Below, piece by piece: positions 53,870-64,000 of a DNA stretch of 64,000 nucleotides. The number at the start of each line of letters is the position of its first letter. Within the stretch, counting starts at the first letter, position 1. The position numbers and the translations under genes were made by a program. Under the pieces are notes generated by a model that saw only the letters and a list, made by a program, of their open reading frames with translations, did no database searches and was not told where the DNA came from. The stretch spans positions 92,258,001-92,322,000 of the forward strand of contig NC_045697.1 of assembly GCF_009834535.1 (NCBI RefSeq). Direction: 5' to 3'. The DNA comes from Camelus ferus. Lineage: Eukaryota.

Positions 53870-55860
53870 ATTATTAATTTGGCAGGGTAAAGAATTCTAC
53901 CCTCTCCCTCTACCCAGTTCCAGTCAACATACATTTTTCATTCATAAAGCAATACTCTAGCTTTTAATGATACTTTAACAATTCTGATAACTTTCTGACT
54001 CTTGATCAATTGTAGATGACTTTCTTTTGCTCTCTGATGCTTTTAGAATTTTCTCTGCATCCCTAGTATTCTTAAATTTCACAATTATGTGCCTTGGAAT
54101 AAATCTCTTTTCATTCATTATTTAACAATTTGGTTGGCTTTTTTAAACTAAGGGCCTCATATTCTTAAGTTCTAGAACACTTACTTGTATTATTTTCTTA
54201 ATAATTCTACCTTTTGGTAGTCTTTTTTTTTTTTTTAACTTCTGTTATTCAGGAAGTGAACTACTTGAATCAATCATGTGATGTTAGCTTTTTTCCTTAA
54301 ATTTTCATCTCTCTTGTGGCTTTTAGCGGAAAGGTTTTAATTTTAAAATTTAATTTAAGTTTAATTTTAATTTTCTCTTTAGAAAGTTTTTTAAAATTTC
54401 TACTCTTATGGGTTTAATTCAAGTGTTTTATTTGTTTTCTGAATGCTGCTTGTATAGCATCTTGGTATCATTTTACTGGTACATTATCTTCTCTTTACAT
54501 TTAAAGATATTAAATTTAGAATTTTGGGAGATATTTTTCTTGCTCTTTATGTTATGTTTTACTTTTTTTCTATTTGTTCTGGCCTTAATCATTTCTCTAA
54601 ATGACTTTCCTCTAAATCAGTATTTCTTACAGTTTATTCATATTTACTGTTGAAACAGCAATATGGTTATTGGAAATACTGTATGAATAGGTGGTATTTG
54701 TTGACTGGTATATCTCTCTGCAAAGGTAAGAGGATAATTAGGAAATTAGGAAAATTCTATAGTTTTTCAGGGCCTTTTTTCTTGGGAAGAACAGTTGCAA
54801 GAGGGTTGGAGTCCCTCAAACTCCTACTAGGAGTGTAGGCCTAGCTATTAGCATTTGAGAGGAGCTGGAGGCCACAATTTAACTTTTTATAAAAATTTTT
54901 ATATTTTCTGGATGAAGATATTACTACTACCCTTGATGATACTAAGCATCTCCAAGATTATAAACTGCGTGGTTCAGTATTTCCAGGGAGTAAACTTCCA
55001 TATTTTACCAAAGTAGAAAGGGGTAATTGCTTAGTATGAACAGATCTTCTGCAGTCTACACTGGGGTTTGATCCAGTAAACCCTTCGTAAGTTAAAAACC
55101 CATAAGCAGAAAATGCATTTAATATGCCTAACCTATTGAACATTGTAGCTTAGCCTCACCTACCTTAAACATGCTACAGCCTAGAGTTGGGCAAAATCAT
55201 CTAAGCTGTTTTTATAATGAAGTGTTGAATATTTCGTATAATTTACTGACTACTGTACTGAAAGTGAGAAAATGAATGGTTGTATAAGTATGGGTGGTTG
55301 TAAGAGTGTGAGTTATTTACATACCTCATGATTGGGTGGCAGACTGGGAGCTGGGCTCACTGCCGCTGCCCGGTATCTGCCGCATAACACTAGCCCAGAA
55401 AAGATCAAAATTTAAAATTCAAAGTAAGGTTTCTACTGAATGCATATTGCTTTTGCCCCATTGTAAAGCAGAACTATCCTAAATTGGGGGTCATTTGCTT
55501 TGCGGGGAGGCATCTGAGATTGTAAATGCCTGTCGTATAAACTTCCCAATAGTCTTTTCTATAATTAGTTTCACAAAAACTTACCATGTGACATACCTGA
55601 TTTCTCCAAATCTTGAGCCTTTTAACAGCCTTGCAGGATGAATCAGCCTGCATTTGATGTCCTCCCCCATTGAAAGCTGGGGTTTCATTTTTTTCTCATG
55701 TAAGTAGTCTAATTATACATCAACTTTTCAGCTTATAATATGTAGTTGGCAGCTTTTGTCTCCTGGTAGTATCCTATCTTGTTTCCTTGTGGGTTCTCGC
55801 TAGTTTTTTAATCTTTTTACTGCTATTTCAATGGCAATTTCAACCTGCTTTCAGATTCTG
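53870..55860 (-). mobile_element. Ancient L1ME/HAL1-like fragments interrupted by a Tigger MITE
   Basis: gcttttagaattttctctgcatccctagtattcttaaatttcacaattatgtgccttgg in a T-rich tract. Confidence 0.55.
55041..55497 (+). mobile_element. Tigger5/MER47-family MITE
   Basis: gaaaatgcatttaatatgcctaaccta...tagcttagcctcacctaccttaaac...gttgggcaaaatcatctaa...gtttctactgaatgcatattgcttt. Confidence 0.9.
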
Positions 55861-56729
55861 GCTAAATGCTTCTACTTGCTTGGAAATGCTTGGAGAAATT
55901 CTTGTATTTCATTGTATTCAGCCTCCCATGCAAGACCAGCAGTCAAAATCTACTGTTGACCAGTGTAATGAGCAACCTCCAATTAAAATGCTACCATAGC
56001 ATTACCACATCTGAGTTTATTTCTTCTATTCAAAGAATGGATTAATAAATCACATTTCAGTTGCATACTACAGGGATTGTGTATGTAATGTGAAATAATT
56101 TTTAAAGTTATAGCAGATTTATTCTGCCTAATCTGAGGTTATTTATTTTACAGATATTTACACATATATTTATTTTAGAGCCTTAGATACATTTATCTCC
56201 TTACACATATCCACTTATGCATATGCTCATCCAGTTGCTGTTACAAATCAAATTTATTGAGTATCTCCAAAGACGCAGATCTGGAACTATGGACTGAGAA
56301 TGCAGAGATTGATAAAGTGTAATTTTTGCCTTCACAGCGGTAACAATTTAACAGGATTCCTATTTGTGTTGAGATAAATTGGAGCTGGGAACTCAGGTAT
56401 CAAACAGACTTCACATGTCAGAACACTGCAAAGAATCAGAAAGTAAACAATGAAAAGTTTTTGCAAATTAAAATAATCCTCATCTTATTCATAAATTAAA
56501 ACTTGAATACTGTATTTATAAGAGTTTTCTCTAGACTCATATGAATTACATTTGCCCATATTATAGATTTAATTTTAACAAATTCAGTTGTAAGATTTCC
56601 CAGAATGTCTAATATTTAAAGCAGCAAATAAATGCAGGCTGTAGCTAAGAGGGAAGGAAAGTAGCCTTAGGCAGAAAAGTTCCTGGCTGTGAAGGAGTAT
56701 CTACAAGCAATGCCAGTGGCGTTAAAAGA

Positions 56730-56935
56730 CCAGGTGTGGTCCTGGTTCTGCTACCTGTAAACAAGGTTGCCTTGGATGAGTCACATTAAGTTTCTAGGCC
56801 TCAGTTTCCTTATCTGTGAACTAGAAAAATGATTGTACTGACCTTCCAGAGTTCTTAGAATGATTAAATAAAATAATACACATAAAATACATGGAAATTA
56901 GTAACAGCACAACGAATAGTAAATGTTTATCATCC
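56730..56935 (+). mobile_element. MIR SINE
   Basis: ccttggatgagtcacattaagtttctaggcctcagtttccttatctgtgaa. Confidence 0.85.
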
Positions 56936-59501
56936 TTATGAAAGCACAACTGACTGGCATGATTTAGCATAGCTGAAAATGGCTCAACACAATTTCTAAG
57001 ACCATTCAATTCAAAACTTTAGCATGGTGAAGTGTCTGGGAAGCATGTCTGCCAGGGCCTAACCTACAGTCAGAAACTGTGTATTTAAAAGAGTGAAGTG
57101 TATTCAGAGGTTGATTTACATGGTTACCAAATAGTTAAGAAGCTAAATGGGACAGGAGATATTGAGGCGACCCAGATGTAAGCCCCAGCAAAAAGCCCCC
57201 ATCCCTCCTCCGCAGAAAAGGTTCAGAGTTGTTGAATCTGAGGAGCCCGAGTCACAGCAAGAGTGGCAGCCTGTGCAGGTCAGATGAACACACCTTCAGT
57301 GGGAGAAGAAGAGATACCGTGGTTTCTCCTGCTTCATCCCCAGCCCCTACTGACCTCAGAATCTGGGAAATCCAGTAGGAGGTTACAGGCCACATCACAG
57401 GGCAGAGCAGAAGCCGGCCAAGAATGGACATGCAGGCAAATGGGCTCAGGACTGGTACCGACACATAACATGACTATGTTACCCACACTAACTAGAGGAC
57501 TACTGAAACTATTGGATGTTCAGTCACAAATGCACCCCCAAATCAGCACTTCAAATAATAATTTTTAGTTATGCAGAAATCTTGGCAAACTCAAGTTTTG
57601 TATTTTTTAAAGTTACAGATGTCTATGTGTTTGTGCACACTCATGTGTGTGTAAGGACAGAGAAGAAGGGAGAAGAAAGAGTAAATATTTCCCAAGCTGA
57701 ATAGTCATTTTCCTATGCTGCTATAGCACCTCACACCCTTATTTTTGTTTCCAAAGCTCTATATCGAGCTCATTTATTCCTTTTGAGTCTGTTTCTCTCC
57801 CTTTGCCTTCCCCTATATGTAGGCTGGCCTAGTGGAGAGTGTACTCATTTGTTATTTATTATTTCATTCCTAGCATGCCTGATGTAGTAGGTGCCACATA
57901 GCAGATGTTTAATAAATATTTGTTATTTGAGAAATTACAAACAACCAGATCCCCTTCAAGTTCTTTGTTCAAAAGTTGATGTAAAAAATGAGTAGCAGAA
58001 TGCCAGTTCTTGGAAAACAGGAAAAGCAAATTTGAAAGTTGTGTGATACATTGCTGTAATATTTTTGGGTATTTTAATAAAATTCCCTAGTGGGAGATTC
58101 TGCAATTAGTTCATACTTTGTTATAAAAACTTATATGGAGTTTTTTCCTTCTCTTAAGACTAAATAGATCATTTGTTATTCTGAACTTTCTTGTAGTGCC
58201 TTTTTAATGTTATTTTTAATATATTCTTACATATGACAGTGCAAATAAATCAGTTATTATTTAACAAAATATCTCCTGTGTTCAGAGAAATCATCTTCAG
58301 ATTTAAGTAGCAGATGTGGGTCCTGGGTGTGAGAGTACTAAGGCTGTGGTATCTGCCACCAGACTGGGAGGTTGGAGTCAGTTGATCTGAGTGACTATGA
58401 AAGGTATTTATATTTTCTTCTTCCCTAATGCATATGTATCTCCCTGAATGTCGTATTATCTGTAAAGAAGCTGTTTTAAAGGAAAGAGATTTTTCTATGA
58501 ATGAGGGACATACTTACGACTACATGTTTCTTTCATAGAAGTTTGTTCTGTTTGTTAAGAGGGTCCTATGTAAATATATATTGATTTCTTCAAACAAAAA
58601 TAAATGTAAATAAATACTAAAATTTTGCCAAATTTGAAAATCACTTCTGAACCAGGTTACTTACGTGCACTGTTTAGGTATGTACACACTTGTATATTTC
58701 TCTTCAAAGTTGCCAAACACAAGCTATTCTGTAACTACTGCTCCTCCCACTTGCTTCAATGGTTGCAATTAGGAAAAAGTGATAAAAGCTATCTCTGAGG
58801 TGTGTGTGCCTTGCAGCCTCTTCTCTGGCCTTAGTTTCCAGTTTTCTTCAAACAACTCCTGATCCACAGTCAGCATGGTGGGGGAGCTGACTTTCAGTTC
58901 CTTTTACCTTTGCAACTATATTGCTGACTGTGCATTCTTAAAAAGGTCTTAAACTGGTACCTGACAGAGTTATTTATAAAAATAGTAAGACTTTGATGTT
59001 CTTGTTTTCTTCCCTTTGAAGTATGCAGTGGCAGTGAAAGATTGTGTAGACTAAATGACCTTCCCAAGGGTAACTTTTATTAGGAACCAAATGAGTCTTG
59101 CCTTTCACTGATGTTTTTTTCTAGCTTTTATATGTGCAGGTAACTCCAAAGACAAGCTTCCTGTAAATAGACACTGCTTTGTGGACTCATACTCGTAATT
59201 CTTATAAAATGAAATCAGTGAAAGGTGGTTTAAAAGATCACCACCTCTTTGCTATGAAATAATTTTCTTTATTTAATTATATCAAATAAATATAAAACAC
59301 TCTGGTCAGTAATTAATGACTAGAAGTATTTTATATTTACTAATAACAGTAAAAATGTCTATCTCGTAATTCTTCTTTGGAGATTCAATCTTTTTATTAT
59401 CTTGTAGGGAAAACAAAATAACAAGATGAGAGTGACCATAAAAATAGGCTATCAATTTTTGATATTTAAAGTAAAAATTTATCAAAAAATAAGATAATTC
59501 T

Positions 59502-60010
59502 TGTTGGGCCAAATGACTTCCTTCAAAGTCCAACAACCCCCATTCCTGGGTTCTCAGATGTCTGACATTCTTTACAGGGCGTGTTTCCCGTAACAAACTA
59601 ATAGGCCCAGGTAATGCCTACTTTATCAGAGTCAAACCCCATCGCCCTTCATGGACCCTAAACCTCTTACCTCACCTGCGACCAATCAGAGACTTGTGCA
59701 CAAGCCGATCAGGCACCTTGTGACGTAACCTTATAAAACACCCCAGCAACTGGCCTTTGGTGCTCACGCAGGCACCCCTCGCCTGTGTGGCCCACTGTTG
59801 CCTATAGCAGCATAACTATTGAACTTTTCCCTTGTCCTTGGCCCCAATGCTCACACAGGCACCTACCTCTTGTCTGTGTGGCCTGCTGTTTATGGCAGTG
59901 TACCCTAATAAACTCCTTTCTATTCCCGTACCTTATGTCTGGTAAATTCTTTTACCAACCTGTGACGATCACCGTGTCACAGACCAGCTGCCCTGTTGTG
60001 ACCCACAACA
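59502..60010 (+). mobile_element. Solo LTR, relatively young, probably class III (5-bp TSD)
   Basis: TG...CA ends; TSD attct (59497-59501) / cttct (60011-60015); CCAAT 59682, TATAAAA 59732, AATAAA 59907; several CpGs retained. Confidence 0.88.
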
Positions 60011-63000
60011 CTTCTGGAATCGTTGGGGGATATTTTCCTGCCCCATGTCTTTCCTGCATGTTATTTCTACCTTAGCTTATTTCTGACTTTGGACCTCTGG
60101 AACATTGGTGACTGTTCTTCCCAGGGGGCCTGGTCTTAAAGTTCGTGACCTGCCTTTTCCTTTTCCTATCTCATCCCTAGTGTGGACAAAAATCCTTCAT
60201 TAATTCTTCTGGGACCAAACTGTGACTTTGACAATAATTTACTGACAGTTTGGAAATGATGGCAGGGGAATGCAATATAGAAGGCCTACCCGCCATCTGC
60301 AATAAGTTAACAAAGAAGAAAGGGAACAAAAATGGGAGATACGTCTACACAGGGTATTAAAGTGACATTAAAAAAAGCAAACAAAAACAACCCCACCCTG
60401 CCTTGCTAGGGGCTATTCATTGAAAAATGTTTGGTTTTACCCTCATCCTCAAATATATGTACCAGCTTGTTGCATTTTTTTGCTACCTTAGCGTCCTGTA
60501 GAGCCAACTTCAGAGCTTTCCATTGCAAATATAAGGTGCCTAAAACAGAACTGCATCACTACTCTGAACCCTTTAAAATTTTTTTTCTAAACCCTTTAGA
60601 CCAATACAAAACAAGCATGTTCTGGAAACCTACTGATTTTATGTGAGGAACTGACCAAACTCAGGAAGAGAAAATATAGCACAAAAAGAATTGTAACTTT
60701 TATTAATTAGTCCTATGGCTGTATTGATAGTTAATACTATTTATATAGCTAAGTTTCTATTTAGTAGTAATTACCAGTTTTCCTGCTGTTTATTAAAGTG
60801 TTTAAAAATAATCTATATAAACATTGATTTCTTCACTTTGCCTAGCCTAAGAAGTTAAGTCGTTACAAGTATGTGACAAGTATAACAAATTTACTCCTGA
60901 TTTGCAGTTGGTTGATAGTCTATAGTTGCAGACTCTATTCCTAGGAATTCTCCCTGTTTTTGAAAAAATTGAGCCTTGGCCATAGATACAAGAAGGGAAA
61001 GTTACAATAGAGAAAATGAAAACATAAAAGTACCATCATAATCCCTTATTTAAATATAATGAAGTAAAAAAAAATCACAAGTACAAATGCACAGCTTAAA
61101 ATTTGTCTTAAATATTCTCCAATGCATCTGTGCTTATCATGCTTGTGATTTGAGTTTGAAAAAAGAGTCAGTATTTCCAGGATATATGCTATATTTAAAA
61201 AAATTGCCTTACTGATTTTGATATAATGCATTCAGGGTGATTTTTAATGATTAATTTTACTGTTATAGATATTTAAATTTTTGACATGTAAAAATACAAA
61301 AAAAGTTATAATATAGAAATTATGCTTATGAATTTTACTTGATTGTGATTCAAGAAATAGTAGAAATAAAAAAGTAGTAATAGCAGAACATATTAAATAA
61401 ATTGGCTATGATTAGGCAAAGATAATTCAAACAGAATGTAACATACTATCTATACTAGAATACCAAAGAATACTATGTGAGCATTTTGTTTCAACTTAAT
61501 TAAATACATTTTTTATGATTATATTCAAAGATTATTTTAAGGAAAAAGGATCTCAATTCAGATTTCTAATTTCTTGGGTCTTTCAGACAGTTCCATCAAA
61601 TGACTAAGATCTGAAAAAAAAGATATTTTAAAATATCCATTTGAAGTTCCCTAAATATTAATTCCTGTAATGCACCTTTGGATAGTAATACACTGTCAAT
61701 GTTGTTTACTAATAGCTGTGTTTAGTTAGTCAATATGTACTGAATACCTATAATGTACACTTCTTGCCATTATTAATTCCATGCACAGTCTACTCACTGA
61801 CAAACAGTGGGGATTATCAAAATGGTTTAGGTTCTTGCCAAAATTGTAAGTTCATGTTTGAGATGAAAATTAATAATGAATATCTGGCTTCTTGTGTGTT
61901 CTCGGGAGAGTAATTAGCCATAATTAAATACACAGCTCCCTTTTGTGCACACTGTGAGCACTCGTAAAGTTGTGTATGTAGATGTTAGCAGAAGTTCCAT
62001 GCAAATCCAGGTGTAGTTGTCTGCTCTTTGAGTTTTTTCTCATCCCAATTCCCCAAGTGAATTTCATATTATTTTAATTGGGCTTCACTTTTGACATATT
62101 ATTTTAAATGTACTCTTCAAATTTAGTATAGTTTCCATATATGTGGTAAATAGTGGTATTCAGAAACTTAATTCACTTGTAAATGTATTATTACTGTTAT
62201 GAACTAATATATTTAATCTAATACCTCTCCTATCTTTATTATATCTAATTTCAATAGGATATCTGTGCACATGTGATGTTTCATTTAATATTCTGACATT
62301 ATATGTTGTTATAGAATATAATTAATATTAGCATTAAAAATTAATTATTTTGAATATACTTAATATATATGCATGTATATATCTATATCTTGAATAATAG
62401 TCCTAAAAGCAGAATTTCCATATAAATTTTATTCAAGATTCAATATCAAGGTATGAAAGAAATAAAATCTGATTCTTTAATATAAATCCTCATTTAAAAA
62501 TATGTTTTCTATAACCTAGCTCACTGATAGAATTTCAGGTAGTTTTTGTGTTTTAATTTTATAAAAGAGACTTGAAAAATTCATAATGCTTAAATTTTTT
62601 TAGCAGATGACTAGTTGTACAAACCATAAAAATGCAAAAATGGTAATATGAAAATGCTACTTTTGAAACATGCACCCACTTAAACTTTTATACACAGACA
62701 CACACACATATATCTGATTTACTGTTTTACTCCATGAGAATTGAGAAAGACCTTCCAAAATCTCAGGGTATAAGCATTCCTAGTTGGAAAAAAAAAAATC
62801 TGGAAAAAATATCAAATGCTGTGAAATTGGCTGTGATAGTAATTCTGCATTACCACCTCTTTTGTTTGTCCAGCAACTTATTGATTAAACAGTATTTTCA
62901 AGTCCTTATGTGAGCATCCATGTCCGTAGGTAATCTGTGTCATCAACTGCATTTTACAATATTAATGTTTTATTTTCTGAGAACCCTTGAGACTCATTGA

Positions 63001-63543
63001 AATTGAACACATTTTGCCATCATATTTTTCCTCAGATTAGATTCTGTGTTTATGTTCTCATTGGAAACCAAAAACTGAACTTCATGGGAATAATGCCAAA
63101 CAATTTAGGCACAAGCAGGAGTGGAAGAAAAACACCTCATGTTCAGCAGAATACTATTTTAGGACAGAGGATTGAGGAAAACTTTGAGTCCAGTTGAAAT
63201 TGCAGGGAGAATTAAAATGGCAGTAAGTGCATATAATTAACCATGCTGGAATTTGTTCAGGATATCAGGGCCAAGTGCTCTTTTAATTATTCAGTTAATG
63301 GGCCTCTTCATGCCAAAATAGCCACCCTACACTGAGATTGGCAGCCTGTTTTTCAGAAGCATGCCCTCATTTGTGCACTCTAAAACCACACAGAAGTTAA
63401 TTGCTTATCTAATGCCTCCATTTCTGTGCCAAGGCTCCAGTTTTACTCATTAAGTTAGGTAAATGCATAGATCGTTCTTGGGGTTTGGGAGATTACTCTA
63501 ACAGTAGATAAATCAGTTCTCTTTCATTGAAATGGTTTGGATA

Positions 63544-64000
63544 TGATGCAGGAAAAACGAATGTGGGGCGTGAGGAGGGCCATGTCCCAAGTCTCAGTTG
63601 AGCCCCTGGGATGTGCTCTACCGAGTGTGGGTCCTTGGCTTAGTTCGGCAAAGAATTCAAGAGTGAGCCACAGTTGAGTAAAGGTAGATTTATTTAGAGA
63701 GATACATACTGCATAGAGTGTAGGCTGTTTCAGAAGGCATGAGAAAGGCCATGAGGTATGGGGGTTGGGTGCTCAGATAGACACTGCGGCTGACTCGGAA
63801 GAGGAAGGAGTGAGAGAGGTGGCCACGAGGCATGGTGTTGCCAGTTTTTATCGTAGCTTCACACGCCTACAAGTCAGAGGACTATTCCAACTTCTTTGGG
63901 GAAGGAGCTGGGATTCCCAGGAACTGGGCTACTGCCCACTCTTGGACCTTTTATGGTTAGCCTTGGAACGATAATGGTGCCTGTGGGCATGTTATTTATC
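63544..64000 (-). mobile_element. ERV LTR (ERV1-like) running off the window end
   Basis: Abrupt GC/CpG rise; gggtccttggct...aaagaattcaagagtgagccacag as in the reverse strand of MER4-group LTRs; minus-strand AATAAA near 63688-63693. Confidence 0.8.

Noticed and set aside
1..64000. The 60-109 aa ORFs in the supplied track as genes
   Set aside because: Many start at GTG/TTG, are low-complexity or fall in repeats. The only recognisable ones are L1 ORF2 or ERV pol fragments. No spliced multi-exon CDS could be assembled.
1..64000. CRISPR array, operon or other prokaryotic/phage system
   Set aside because: No regularly spaced repeat-spacer units or dense ORFs. The repeat content is clearly eutherian.

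Overview
AT-rich, CpG-depleted mammalian DNA with no supportable protein-coding gene. It is intergenic or lies inside a very large intron. A tRNA-Ala-derived SINE resembling camelid Vic-1 and three young L1 3' ends suggest a camelid. Much of the window is decayed interspersed repeats: a 3.5-kb 5'-truncated L1 with a 17-bp target-site duplication (TSD), L2 and MIR relics, hAT/Tigger MITEs and about ten solo LTRs, some nested. The most informative object is a ~5-kb degraded class III (ERV-L/ERV-S-like) endogenous retrovirus on the minus strand (~32560-37620). It has readable protease, RT, RNase H and integrase motifs, then a strong splice acceptor and ~1.7 kb of possible env-like sequence, which canonical ERV-L lacks. 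Other points of interest are a double-hairpin element at 15.3 kb, a candidate 15-nt minus-strand microexon at 26.5 kb and a solo LTR with an intact-looking promoter at 59.5 kb. Repeat family names come from recalled consensus similarity, not a database search, and most old-repeat boundaries are approximate. I found no convincing novel multi-gene system.
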